DNA of 61,790 bases, filler included. It is 6 parts of 6 records of this genome, joined end to end, with 100 filler letters (N's around TTAATTAATTAA, not from the genome) between each part and the next. Parts side by side here need not be neighbours in the genome. Positions count along the whole stretch, not along the records: positions 1 to 19,806 come from SRR20825010_5720; 5 more parts are not named here. One strand, given 5' to 3'. Of the stretch, positions 9,628 through 19,290 are shown in pieces. Positions within the stretch are counted from its first letter, which is position 1. Each line of letters opens with the position of its first letter. The notes below the pieces were generated by a model. That model ran no database searches. It had not been told where the DNA came from and saw only the letters and a program-made list of their open reading frames with translations. The position numbers were made by a program, and so were the translations under genes.

Positions 9628-10524
9628 TTACTTTTTCAGGCGCGGCTTTTCGATATTCGCTAGGTCGCAATGCGCGTCCGCCATGGCGGAGAAATCCTGT
9701 TTGCCGAAGCCCCGGGCGCGGGCGGCGGTGAACATCTCCCGCGCGGCGGCGGCCATCGGCATCGGCACCTTGGCGGCGTTCGCGGCCTGGATGATCAGCG
9801 ACAGGTCCTTGTGGGCGAGATCGATGGTGAAGCCCGGCGCCGTATCGCCCTTTAGCACCTTGTCCGGCCAATTCACCTTGAGCTGGCCGTTCACCGCCGT
9901 CGTGCCGTAGATCACGTCCAGTGTCCGCTCAAGATCGAGACCGAAGCCCTGGGACAGGGCCAGCGCTTCGGCGTTGAACTGGCAGGATGCCACGGCGAGG
10001 AAGTTGTTCACGAGCTTCGTGCGGGTTCCGGTGCCCACTCCGCCGCAGTGATAGACGGTGGTTCCCATGGCTTCGAGCATCGGCTTCACCCGCTCGAAGT
10101 CTTCTGGCTCCGCACCGACCATGAAGAGGGATTCACCCCGGTCAGCATGCTGGGCGAGGCGGCCGACCGGTGCATCGACAAAGCTCAGGCCCTTTGCCTT
10201 GGCGGCCGCAGCCAGTTCGTCCGTCGTCTCCGGATCGACCGTGCTCATGTCGAGGATGAGGGCGCCTTTCGAGGCGTTCGCGATAATCCCGTCCGGCCCG
10301 GCGACAACCTCACGCACAACGGGCGAGTCGGGCAGCATGGTCACGATCACGTCGGACTTGCTGGCGACTTCGGCAACGGTCGCCGCGCTCGACGCCTGCA
10401 GCAGTTCCAGCTCCTTCACCGCATCCTGATTGATGTCGTTGACGACAAGCCGGAAGCCCTTGCGGCAAAGGTTGGACGCCATCGGGCGTCCCATGCGGCC
10501 AAGTCCGATAAAACCGACATTCAT
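9628..10524 (-). CDS. NAD-dependent beta-hydroxyacid dehydrogenase (3-hydroxyisobutyrate dehydrogenase family, YihU-like)
   Basis: GFIGLGRMGRPMA, DMSTV, DAPVGR, catalytic KLVNN, and WPDKVLKGD.APGFTIDLAHKDL. Confidence 0.88.
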   Translation of the reverse strand: MNVGFIGLGRMGRPMASNLCRKGFRLVVNDINQDAVKELELLQASSAATVAEVASKSDVIVTMLPDSPVVREVVAGPDGIIANASKGALILDMSTVDPETTDELAAAAKAKGLSFVDAPVGRLAQHADRGESLFMVGAEPEDFERVKPMLEAMGTTVYHCGGVGTGTRTKLVNNFLAVASCQFNAEALALSQGFGLDLERTLDVIYGTTAVNGQLKVNWPDKVLKGDTAPGFTIDLAHKDLSLIIQAANAAKVPMPMAAAAREMFTAARARGFGKQDFSAMADAHCDLANIEKPRLKK

Positions 10525-10714
10525 TTGGTTTCTTCCTCCCAGAAGATGCCGAGACCGTGCGGCTGATCAGCCTTGCCGGTCTTCATGCACGTGATTGAGT
10601 GCGCCGGAGAGATCCGCCGCTATCGATGGAAGAAGAATTACCACGCCGCGGGGCGGGCGGTCACCGGCCGGAAAGTGCAGGGCGTTATTCCGCCATGTCA
10701 CGATCTGTGAATGC

Positions 10715-12007
10715 TCAGGTGCGCTTCACCAGATCCCGTTCGTCCTGCCATGCCCACCAGCGGGACAGCAGGTCCGCTACCTTTCGGGAGAATGGTTTGA
10801 AGGGGACTTTCTTGAATGGCAGGTCGTCGAAGGCAGTCTCCGCACCCTTCTCGCCAAGAATCCGGCGGGACAGTTTCATGGCGAAATAGAGGCTGCGGGT
10901 GACGCCGGAGCCGCAATACCCGCCGGCGAGCCAGACGCCGTCTTCGAAGCCGAGGTGAGGGGAATGGTCCGGGGTATAGGCGACATCGCCGTACCAGACA
11001 TGCGCGGTCCCGATGCCTTCAAGCTGAGGGAAAATCCGGAGAGATGCGGCCCGGATCGCGGCGGCGCGCTGCTCCGGCGTGCAGCCCGGCTCGCCCATGC
11101 GGCCGCCGAAGATGAAGCGCTTGCCATCGGGCGTGGGCCGGAACCACATGAAGATCCGGGCGGACTCCCCGAACATGCGGCTTTTCGGTGTCAGCTCCGC
11201 CATCAGGTCCGCCGGAATTTCCTCGGTAGCGATGGCGCCGGTGCGGATCTGCACCACGCGCTGATGCATCGCGTTGGAGCGGCGGTCGGCATAGCCGTTG
11301 GTCGCAACCAGAACATCGCGGGCCGTGATCACACGGTCGCCGCAGAAAAGCTCCGTTTCCGTGCCGTTGCGGCGCATGCCCCGAACGGGGGTCGAGGGAA
11401 ACAGCAATGCGCCGGCTTCGATGGCTTTCTCGGCCAGAGCGTTGGCCAGCTTGCGCGGATGGATGCCGCCGTCGCGGTGATAGACCACACCGCCATCGAA
11501 GAAACCCGTGCCGATCTCGGCGCGCTGGTTTTCCTTGGCTACCATCTCGAAGGGCAGGCCAACGGCCTTGTTCAGCCGCTCGCATTCCCGCGCTGTCGAG
11601 TCATAGGCGGCGACGCTGCGGGCACCCCGAAAACGGCCAGTCATCTGCAGGTCGCAATCGAGTTTTTCATCCGCGACGAAACTCTCGAAATAATCGAGCG
11701 CGTTCATGCCTTCCTGCATGATCGCATGGGCTTTCTTCTCACCGTACTGGGAGGTCAGGCCTGAAATGCCGAGCTGATGAAAACTGGGGCCGACCATGCC
11801 GCCGTTGCGGGACGAGCAGCCGTGACCGATCTCCTCCGCGTCGAACACGGCGACGGAGCGTCCCGCCCGCGCCAGATGGATGGCCGAGGCAAGTCCGGTA
11901 TATCCGGCGCCGACGATGGCAACGTCGACGCGCTCCGGCAGCGTGCTTTCGGACGTGGTCCGGGCAGCGGCGGCGCTTGCGTTCCAGTAGATACTGTTGC
12001 TTGCCAT
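10715..12007 (-). CDS. FAD-dependent oxidoreductase (DAO family, PuuB/OrdL-like)
   Basis: DVAIVGAGYTGL, GCSSRNGG, IHPRKL, LVATNGY and GGYCGSGV. Confidence 0.88.
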   Translation of the reverse strand: MASNSIYWNASAAAARTTSESTLPERVDVAIVGAGYTGLASAIHLARAGRSVAVFDAEEIGHGCSSRNGGMVGPSFHQLGISGLTSQYGEKKAHAIMQEGMNALDYFESFVADEKLDCDLQMTGRFRGARSVAAYDSTARECERLNKAVGLPFEMVAKENQRAEIGTGFFDGGVVYHRDGGIHPRKLANALAEKAIEAGALLFPSTPVRGMRRNGTETELFCGDRVITARDVLVATNGYADRRSNAMHQRVVQIRTGAIATEEIPADLMAELTPKSRMFGESARIFMWFRPTPDGKRFIFGGRMGEPGCTPEQRAAAIRAASLRIFPQLEGIGTAHVWYGDVAYTPDHSPHLGFEDGVWLAGGYCGSGVTRSLYFAMKLSRRILGEKGAETAFDDLPFKKVPFKPFSRKVADLLSRWWAWQDERDLVKRT

Positions 12008-12012
12008 GGTCT

Positions 12013-12774
12013 CTAGTCCTTAACGGTCCAGCTGTCCCGGTGCCGTGCGGTGGGGAATCGGTCCTCGAGACCCAACTCCGCGATCCGCTCGATGCTGGCC
12101 TCGAACAGATTGCGCATGATGGGCATGGTTTCGGGCTCCAGCGCAACACGGCGGATGGTGTCTTCGCGTCCCTGATAGGCTTCGTACAAGGCGCGCAGAT
12201 CGGCAACGGCGTCAGTGTTGGAGACATCGATCCGGAGATCGTAGGTATCGATGCCGTGCTCTCCGGTGACGCGCAGAGCTGCCGAACGGAGCGGGCCGAG
12301 GATCTCACCGCCACTGTCGCGCCCGGCTTCCAGAGCTTTCATCAGCCGTTCGGCAAGCGGCAGGGAAGGATCGCGGGTGAACGCGTCTGCCATCTTCTGG
12401 GGGACTTGCGGATTGGCGAGGATATTGCCGAGTGCGAGGCAGTTCCGGCCAACCGTGTGGGAGTAGATCGAATACATCCGGCGGCCATGATAGGCGGCTG
12501 CCCGGCCATCGGAGTCGAGCGCACCGATCTGGCGCCACTCGATATCGGCGGTTGAGGCACAGACCTCCGAGACCACGGCATCCGCCGCCGTGCCCTTGGC
12601 CAGCAGGGAGATACCGAGATCGCCAAGACGGCTGTCGGTGCGGTGCTGGGACAGCATGGCGCCACGTCCGTGGGACAGGCGCACACAGCGGGATCCAACG
12701 GCAAGGTCGGATGTGGTGATGGCCGCGCCATAGCAGCCCGTGCGCTCGCAGCGGCCGATGATTGAAAAGGTCAT
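12013..12774 (-). CDS. DUF1028 family protein (Ntn-hydrolase-like)
   Basis: N-terminal MTFSI, ALGNILA, LAERLMKALEAGRDSGG, RSAALRV and DLRID. Confidence 0.85.
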   Translation of the reverse strand: MTFSIIGRCERTGCYGAAITTSDLAVGSRCVRLSHGRGAMLSQHRTDSRLGDLGISLLAKGTAADAVVSEVCASTADIEWRQIGALDSDGRAAAYHGRRMYSIYSHTVGRNCLALGNILANPQVPQKMADAFTRDPSLPLAERLMKALEAGRDSGGEILGPLRSAALRVTGEHGIDTYDLRIDVSNTDAVADLRALYEAYQGREDTIRRVALEPETMPIMRNLFEASIERIAELGLEDRFPTARHRDSWTVKD

Positions 12775-12812
12775 GTAGTCCCCCTTGGCTCCCGTCGGGC
12801 GGGATTATTTTC

Positions 12813-14183
12813 TCAGACGGGGTCGGTCGCCGGAAGCGGCACGCCCCTGTCCTCTGCTTCGAACTTTTTCCACATCGCCTCGGTCGCGGCCTGCGCTTCC
12901 GTTACGGCGGCCTTCTCGTCGATGGTCAGCAATTCCCTGTCCCGCATCAGGAACCGGCCGTCGACCATGGTGTCGGTGACAAGTCCCGGGTGTCCGTAAT
13001 GCACCAGGTTGGATATCGCGGAAAGCCGCGGCGTCATGGCCGGTGTCATCAGGTCGATCATGGCGAGATCGGCCTTCATGCCGGGCGCGATATGACCGAT
13101 GCCCGGATGATCCAGCGCGCGGGCGGCGTTGACGGTGGCGTAGTTAAAGACATCGTTCGGCGTCGGCGTGACCGAGCGGCCATAGGCGCCGCGATGCACG
13201 GTCAGGCCGAGCTTCATGGCATGGAACATGTCCTCGGTCATGTTGTCTGTGCCGAGAGCGATGTTCACACCGGATTCGAGGATCGCCTTGATCGGCAGAC
13301 TGTGCGGTCCCTTGGCGGACATCGAGGCCGGGCAGTGAGCGAAATGCGTGCCGGTCTCTGCCAGGATCTGGACATCCTGCTCTGTGCAGAAGGTCCAGTG
13401 AACGGCCAGCAGGTCGTCGCCGAGGAAATCGTTGCGCTGGAGATATTCCGTCGAGGTGCAGCCATGCAGGCTTTCGACCTGTTTCTTCTCGCTGATGATC
13501 TGGCTGAGATGGACCGTGCGGCGCAGGCCGTGCTGCCCGGCGAGCTTCTTCAGCTCGGCCAGCATCCAGGGGCTGCAATTGTCCGGGGCGTGGGCGGAGA
13601 TCATCACCCGGACGCGGTCATCCTCGGTGCCGTGGAAGCGTTCGATCAGAGCGCGGGTGCGGGTAAGGAAGGTCTCGCCGAAGTCCCGGTCGAACCGGTA
13701 AGTGCCGCTGCCGACTTCGGTGGTGACAGCGTCGGCGCAGCTTTCCGCAAGCCAGAGCCGCATGCCGGTATCCACCATCGCTGGCGCGTAATCGGCCACG
13801 TGGCGCAGCGGATCGACCATGGTCGTGGTGCCGGAGCGGATTGCCTCGGCGCAGGCCAGCCGGGCGATGGCGGCGCGCTCCTGCGGCTCCAGCAGATAGG
13901 AGGCCGGAACCATGTACTGGTAGACGAGATTGCCCTCGATATCCTCGACCGTTCCCCGCAGCACCAGCAACACCGCGTGGGTGTGGGCGTTGATCAGGCC
14001 GGGGGAGACTAGCCGGTCAGTCATGTCGACGGGTTCGAAATCCGCGAAGTCGGTGCCGTTCAGGCTCTCGGTGATAGCGGCGATCCGGCTGCCGTCGATG
14101 GCGATATGGCCCCGGCGGATTTCGGGCTTTCCATCCGCGCCATGATGGACATAGCGCGCGTCACGCAGCAGCAATCGGGTCAT
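12813..14183 (-). CDS. Metal-dependent amidohydrolase/deaminase (MTA/SAH deaminase, AtzA-like family)
   Basis: PGLINAHTH, SGTTT, SAHAP, HLSQ, AVH, HCP, ALGTD and GMKADL. Confidence 0.88.
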   Translation of the reverse strand: MTRLLLRDARYVHHGADGKPEIRRGHIAIDGSRIAAITESLNGTDFADFEPVDMTDRLVSPGLINAHTHAVLLVLRGTVEDIEGNLVYQYMVPASYLLEPQERAAIARLACAEAIRSGTTTMVDPLRHVADYAPAMVDTGMRLWLAESCADAVTTEVGSGTYRFDRDFGETFLTRTRALIERFHGTEDDRVRVMISAHAPDNCSPWMLAELKKLAGQHGLRRTVHLSQIISEKKQVESLHGCTSTEYLQRNDFLGDDLLAVHWTFCTEQDVQILAETGTHFAHCPASMSAKGPHSLPIKAILESGVNIALGTDNMTEDMFHAMKLGLTVHRGAYGRSVTPTPNDVFNYATVNAARALDHPGIGHIAPGMKADLAMIDLMTPAMTPRLSAISNLVHYGHPGLVTDTMVDGRFLMRDRELLTIDEKAAVTEAQAATEAMWKKFEAEDRGVPLPATDPV

Positions 14184-14184
14184 G

Positions 14185-14964
14185 TCATGCGGTCTTCTTG
14201 CGCAGGGAAACGGCGACGGTGGCAATCAGGGAGAGGATGACAAGGAAAGTTGCAACCGCCGCGATGGTCGGATCGATGCTCTCCTGAATGCCTTCCCAGA
14301 TCTGCTTCGGCAGGGTGTTCACGTTGCGGACGGTGAGGAACAGCACGCCGACGATTTCATCGAAACTGACGATGAAGGCGAAGATGCCGCCGGTCAGCAT
14401 GCCGGGACGGATCGCCGGAACGATGACGGCGACCACCGTCTGCCAGACCGAGGCGCCGAGGCTGCGTGCAGCCTGGGTGATACGGCGGTCAAGATTGGCC
14501 AGCGCGGTGAAGACCGAGATCGAGACGTAGGGCAATGCCAGCAGGGTGTGGGCCAGGATCACGCCGAAATAGGTGTCGATCAGGTCGAGCTTTACCCAGA
14601 ACCGGTAGAAGCCGAGGGACTGGACCACGGGCGGTACCAGGATCGGCACGATCAGCACCCAGCGGGCAATGGTCGAAGCCCGGCTGGAAATCAGCCAGCA
14701 GCCGATGGAGAAAGCGGTGCCGAGCACGGTGGCTGCAAGGGCGACGGCGACACCGACCCAGATACTGGTCCAGGTCGCGCCGAGCCATTCGGCGGAGCTG
14801 AAATAGTTCTCGTAATGCTGCAGAGACAGATGCTCTTTCGGCAGGCCGATATAGCTGGTGTCGGTCAGCGAGATCGGAATCACCACGAGCATCGGCAAGA
14901 GCAGGAACGCTAGGACGGCCCAAGCCCCTGTGTTGAAGAAGATGCGGAACGGCGAATTCTTCAT
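14185..14964 (-). CDS. ABC transporter permease (PotC-like)
   Basis: FLLLPMLVVIPIS, EAA-type loop QAARSLGAS, and FIVSFDEIV. Start MKNSPF at 14964. Confidence 0.9.
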   Translation of the reverse strand: MKNSPFRIFFNTGAWAVLAFLLLPMLVVIPISLTDTSYIGLPKEHLSLQHYENYFSSAEWLGATWTSIWVGVAVALAATVLGTAFSIGCWLISSRASTIARWVLIVPILVPPVVQSLGFYRFWVKLDLIDTYFGVILAHTLLALPYVSISVFTALANLDRRITQAARSLGASVWQTVVAVIVPAIRPGMLTGGIFAFIVSFDEIVGVLFLTVRNVNTLPKQIWEGIQESIDPTIAAVATFLVILSLIATVAVSLRKKTA

Positions 14965-15806
14965 CAGTTGCGCTCCAGCAGGGCTGATTTCAGGTTCACG
15001 AAGCGCGCTGCGATAAGCAGGACCAGCGCCGTCGCGACCAGCAGCGCGACGGAGAGCGCCGAGCCAAGGCCCCAGGCCAGGAATTCCTGGATCTGATAGG
15101 TGATGTATTCGGAGATCATCAGCACGCGGCCGCCGCCAAGTAGCGCCGGGGTGACGAAGAAGCCGAGTGACAGGACGAAGACCAGCAGCGCGCCTGAGAA
15201 CACGCCGGGCAGCGTCTGCGGGAAATAAACCGAGCGGAAGGCTGTCCATTCGCTGGCGCCGAGGCCGCGGGCCGCTTCCGTATAGGAGCGGGAAATGCCG
15301 CGCATATTGGCCAGCATCGGCAGCACCGCGAAGGGCAGCATGACGTGGATCATGGCGATCAGAACGCCGAGTTCATTATGCATCAGGCGCAGCGGGCTGG
15401 TGATCAGCCCGATATCGCGCAGGGTATCGTTCACCAGGCCTGAGCGGCCAAGCAATATGATCCAGCTGAAAGAGCGGATCAGCACCGAGACCCAGAAGGG
15501 CAACAGCACCAGGGCCAGCATGAGCGGTGTCAGCCGGGTGATGAAATTCGAGATCGCATAGGCGACGATATAGCCGAGCAGCAGGCAGCCGACAGTGGTG
15601 ATGGCGGCCACGCGGAAGGTCAGGATGAAGCTGGTCTTGACCGCATTTGACTCCGTCATCTTGACGTAGTTGCCGAAACCGGTCGCCGGTTCGGTGAAGG
15701 AAATCTCCCAGATGCCGAGAACAGGCAGGATGTAGAAGATCACCATGATGGCCAGCGCGGGCAGCACTAGCATCCAGTAGCGGGTCTGGTCGGTCAGACG
15801 CAGCAT
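14964..15806 (-). CDS. ABC transporter permease (PotB-like)
   Basis: LLPFWVSVLIRSFSW, EAARGLGAS and GFFVTPALLGG. Start MLRLTDQ at 15806. Confidence 0.9.
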   Translation of the reverse strand: MLRLTDQTRYWMLVLPALAIMVIFYILPVLGIWEISFTEPATGFGNYVKMTESNAVKTSFILTFRVAAITTVGCLLLGYIVAYAISNFITRLTPLMLALVLLPFWVSVLIRSFSWIILLGRSGLVNDTLRDIGLITSPLRLMHNELGVLIAMIHVMLPFAVLPMLANMRGISRSYTEAARGLGASEWTAFRSVYFPQTLPGVFSGALLVFVLSLGFFVTPALLGGGRVLMISEYITYQIQEFLAWGLGSALSVALLVATALVLLIAARFVNLKSALLERN

Positions 15807-15840
15807 GTCGGCTCCGGTCGGGGAAGGGGCATAAAGGAAC

Positions 15841-15870
15841 GGGGCGGCTCCTGGAGGGAGGAGTCGCCCC
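15841..15870 (-). other. Intercistronic stem-loop downstream of the SBP gene
   Basis: Inverted repeat ggggcggctcct-ggaggg-aggagtcgcccc with one non-Watson-Crick position. Confidence 0.5.
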
Positions 15871-15886
15871 GCCCGCTCGGACAGGC

Positions 15887-17041
15887 TTAGTTGATAAGCG
15901 CGTCCACGTAGAGTTCTTCGGCCGAGATCTGGTTCTTCGCGTACCAGGTGTCGTTGTACATGATCTGGGTGGCCAGGTTTGCCGGGCTGGACGGGTTCCA
16001 TTTCTGGAAATCGTCCGGCACCAGAGCCGCTGCCGCCGGGTTAGCCGGGCCGCAACCGACGAGCTGAAGCCACTGGGCCTGCAGTTCCGGGTTCTGGGCG
16101 TGGGCGATGAATTTCATCACTTCTTCAGAGCCGGCCGGGTTGTTCTTCGGGACGACCCAGATGCCAGGAGCGACCACACCGCCGTTGAAGGTGACGGTAA
16201 AGCTGCCTTCTTCCATCTGGTCTTTCAGCAGATGGGCGCGGGTCGACCAGATATTGCCGATGGAGACCTCTTCCTGCAGGAACAGGTTCTGACTGTCGCT
16301 GCCGGAGCCCCAGACGATGACGTTCTCGCGGAGCTGACGGAAGCGGTCGATGGCGGCTTTGATGCCGTCATCGGTGCCGAGAGCCTCGTAAACGTCCTTC
16401 GGGGCAACGCCCATGGACATCGTGGCGCTTTCCAGCATGCCGCGAACCGACTTACGGAAGGTCCGCATGCCCGGGAAGTCCTTGACGTTCCAGACATCTT
16501 CCCAGCTCTGCGGGGTGTTGCCGCCGAGCAGTTTCGGGTTCGAGGCGAGAACGTAGGAATAGACGTAGTTGGCAACGCCGTTGTTGTAGACGCCGCCTTC
16601 GAGAACCTTGGACTTGTCGACGATGTTGTAGTCGATCGGCTGGGTCACGCCCTGCTGTTCCAGGATCAGTGCCGAGCCGGCGCCGCTGTCGCAGAGGTCC
16701 CAGACCACCGCGCCGCTTTCGACCATCGCGCGGATCTTGCCGGCGGAGGGGCCGGAGCCGTCAACGGTAACCTTGATACCGGTTTCCTTGGTGTAGGTGT
16801 CGCACATGACTTCCTGGAGGATTTCCTTGGGTTTGCCCCCCCAGTTCACGACGATGATTTCCTTTGTCGCGGCCATGGTCTTGCCGCTGAGTGCCGGCAG
16901 GATGCCCAGTGCGCCCATTGCGGCAATGAAACCACGGCGGGTCAACAGGCCCTGCTTGTACCGCTCGACGGCGATATCGACGATATCGGCCTTGGCTTCA
17001 AGATCGGTCGTTTCGTTGATCTCGGTCATGTCTTTCTCCAT
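15887..17041 (-). CDS. ABC transporter substrate-binding protein (PotD/PotF-like, Tat signal)
   Basis: Twin-arginine TRRGFI, VVNWGG, IRAMVESG...WD, DVWNVKDFPG.R and WVVPKNNP. Confidence 0.9.
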   Translation of the reverse strand: MEKDMTEINETTDLEAKADIVDIAVERYKQGLLTRRGFIAAMGALGILPALSGKTMAATKEIIVVNWGGKPKEILQEVMCDTYTKETGIKVTVDGSGPSAGKIRAMVESGAVVWDLCDSGAGSALILEQQGVTQPIDYNIVDKSKVLEGGVYNNGVANYVYSYVLASNPKLLGGNTPQSWEDVWNVKDFPGMRTFRKSVRGMLESATMSMGVAPKDVYEALGTDDGIKAAIDRFRQLRENVIVWGSGSDSQNLFLQEEVSIGNIWSTRAHLLKDQMEEGSFTVTFNGGVVAPGIWVVPKNNPAGSEEVMKFIAHAQNPELQAQWLQLVGCGPANPAAAALVPDDFQKWNPSSPANLATQIMYNDTWYAKNQISAEELYVDALIN

Positions 17042-17078
17042 GTGATGAAACCCTGTTTCTTGCTATTGCGAGGCTCTT

Positions 17079-18152
17079 TTATTCGGCCTCGAGAATGACG
17101 CAGGCATCCGTATCCCAGCCGAAACTGAGTTGGAGGCCTGGAGTGGGGTCGATGCCGGATTTCCAGGTCGGGCAGGAAACGAGGATTTGACCCAAAACCG
17201 AATGTGTCAGGAGCACCTGGCAGCGTTCGCCGAGATAGCTCACCTGCTTGACCGTGCCGGTCAGGAGTTCCTTGCCGGGTTCCGCCAGCCGGATGCGTTC
17301 GGGACGGAGCGCGATCTCGGCGCTGTCCTTGACCGTACCCGCATGACCGGTCGCATCGACGGGGAAGATCTCATCACCGGCAACGCATTCAATGTGGTCG
17401 CCCTGGCGGCCCTTGATCTTGACGTTGAGGAAGTTCGATTTGCCAAGGAAGTCCGCGACAAAGCGGGTCCGTGGCTTGTTGTAGAGCCTGTCCGGGATAC
17501 CAGATTGCTGGATCTTGCCATCCTTCAGGATGACGATCCGGTCGGACATGGACAGGGCTTCGTCCTGATCGTGGGTCACGTAGATGAAGGTGACGCCGAG
17601 CTGGTCATGCAGGGCCTTCAGCTCCCACTGCAGGTCCGCGCGCAGCTTCTTGTCGAGCGCGGAAAGCGGCTCGTCCAGCAGCAGGACCTGGGGTTTGAAG
17701 GAAAGCGCGCGCGCGAGGGCGATACGCTGTTGCTGGCCGCCGGAAAGCTGGCTCGGCATGCGGTCCGCATAGGCGCCCATCTGTACCAGCTCGAGGCACT
17801 CGTCGACCCGCGCGTTGATCTCGCTCGCCGGGCGTTTGCGGACTTTCAGGGGAAAGCCGACATTCTGCCGTACGGTCATCGTCGGGAACAGGGCGTAGCC
17901 CTGGAAGACCATGCCGAAATCGCGATGTTCCGGCGGCTCTTTCGTGATGTCGCGGCCGCGCAGGGATACACTGCCCTCGGTCAGGTCCGTGAAACCGGCA
18001 ATTGCGGTCAGGAGCGTCGTCTTTCCCGAGCCCGAGGGGCCCAGCAGGGTCAGAAACTCACCCTCCGCGACGTCCAGATCGACATGATCCAAGGCATGGA
18101 CCGGGCCATAGCGTTTGACCGAGTTTCGGATGGAAAGAATCGGATTGCTCAT
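17079..18152 (-). CDS. ABC transporter ATP-binding protein (PotA-like, TOBE domain)
   Basis: GPSGSGKT, LSGGQQQR, LLLDEPLSALD and VTHDQ. Confidence 0.95.
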   Translation of the reverse strand: MSNPILSIRNSVKRYGPVHALDHVDLDVAEGEFLTLLGPSGSGKTTLLTAIAGFTDLTEGSVSLRGRDITKEPPEHRDFGMVFQGYALFPTMTVRQNVGFPLKVRKRPASEINARVDECLELVQMGAYADRMPSQLSGGQQQRIALARALSFKPQVLLLDEPLSALDKKLRADLQWELKALHDQLGVTFIYVTHDQDEALSMSDRIVILKDGKIQQSGIPDRLYNKPRTRFVADFLGKSNFLNVKIKGRQGDHIECVAGDEIFPVDATGHAGTVKDSAEIALRPERIRLAEPGKELLTGTVKQVSYLGERCQVLLTHSVLGQILVSCPTWKSGIDPTPGLQLSFGWDTDACVILEAE

Positions 18153-18268
18153 AGAGTGCAGGCGTCCCGTCTATATGGGTGGCCGGGAGCGGTTCGGCCA
18201 GGATCGGGGCTGAGCAGACCATGTGAGCCTAAAACCTGAAAATAATAATTTGCTCAGATTTTATAATG

Positions 18269-19189
18269 TCAGATTATAGGTGATGGTTTGGCTGCTGGAA
18301 TGTCGTGGTTTTTCAGAAAGTCGCTGAAGAACCCTTGGAACTGGAGCGCCAGATTCGAGGTGGGGAACAGGTTGCAGGAAATGCAATGAATGCTGAGGGG
18401 CAACACCGGATGTGTCGGCCGGGCCGCGAGAGTGGTCAGGTCCCGGCCAATCAGGGCGAAGCTGTCGACGAGCGCGACTCCCAGGCCGGAGATCGCCATT
18501 TCCAGGGCGGTTGCTGTATGCCGCACCTCGCAAAAATAGCGCCGTTCCAGTCCCTGCCTGGAGAAAACCGTATCGATGATCTGGCCGAGCGGTGTGCCGG
18601 CGGCATAGGAAATATGCTTCACATGGTTCAGGTCGGTGACGTTCACCCGCTCCGACAAGGCCATTTCATGGTCCGTGGGGCAGACGCACATCATCCGCCC
18701 TTCGGCAACGGGGCGGACGGAAAGCATGGAGTGACGCGGCTGGGTGATCGAGAGGGCGAGATCCGCCCGCCCGCTGACCAGCTTCTCGATGATCTCGTCG
18801 ATGCTGCCAAGTTCGATGGAGAGTTTCAGTTTCGGCTTGTTCTTGACGAATTCGGCGATCACACGGGGCAATATGCCGTGACCGATGGACGGGGTTACGA
18901 CCAGATGCAGCCTGCCGACCGTGCCGCCGCGCAGCTCGTTGATGATGTTTTCAACCCGTTTTTGCTGCATGAAAAGATATTGCGCTTCCTGCGCGATATG
19001 CTGGGCTTCACGGGTTGGTACCAGACGGCCCCGTTCCCGAACGAACAGCGGAAACCCGACCAGATCCTCGGTATGGCGAATCATGTTGCTGACCGCCGGC
19101 TGGCTGACATTCAGCAGATCCGCCGCCCGCGCCGTGGTGCCTACTTCGATGACGGCGCAGAGCACTTCTAACTGGCGTGGATTGATCAT
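18269..19189 (-). CDS. LysR family transcriptional regulator
   Basis: GTTARAADLLNVSQPAVSNMI and LFVRERGRLVPT. Confidence 0.92.
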   Translation of the reverse strand: MINPRQLEVLCAVIEVGTTARAADLLNVSQPAVSNMIRHTEDLVGFPLFVRERGRLVPTREAQHIAQEAQYLFMQQKRVENIINELRGGTVGRLHLVVTPSIGHGILPRVIAEFVKNKPKLKLSIELGSIDEIIEKLVSGRADLALSITQPRHSMLSVRPVAEGRMMCVCPTDHEMALSERVNVTDLNHVKHISYAAGTPLGQIIDTVFSRQGLERRYFCEVRHTATALEMAISGLGVALVDSFALIGRDLTTLAARPTHPVLPLSIHCISCNLFPTSNLALQFQGFFSDFLKNHDIPAAKPSPII

Positions 19190-19193
19190 CTCA

Positions 19194-19208
19194 ATAATCT
19201 CACCTTAT
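19194..19208. promoter_or_regulatory. Putative LysR box (ATAA-N7-TTAT)
   Basis: ataatctcaccttat, a T-N11-A dyad in the AT-rich divergent region between lysR and the carbamoylase gene. Confidence 0.55.
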
Positions 19209-19290
19209 TTATAGGGGTCCTAAATTTATTTCACGGTGATACTTGGCTCGTCTAGCACTTCATGTGTCGGAGATGAAAAGGAGGGCTTAC

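Noticed and set aside
10595-19171. Long plus-strand ORFs (10595-11764, 12762-14012, 16100-17098, 17130-18239, 18305-19171)
   Set aside because: Mirror-frame shadows of well-supported minus-strand genes.
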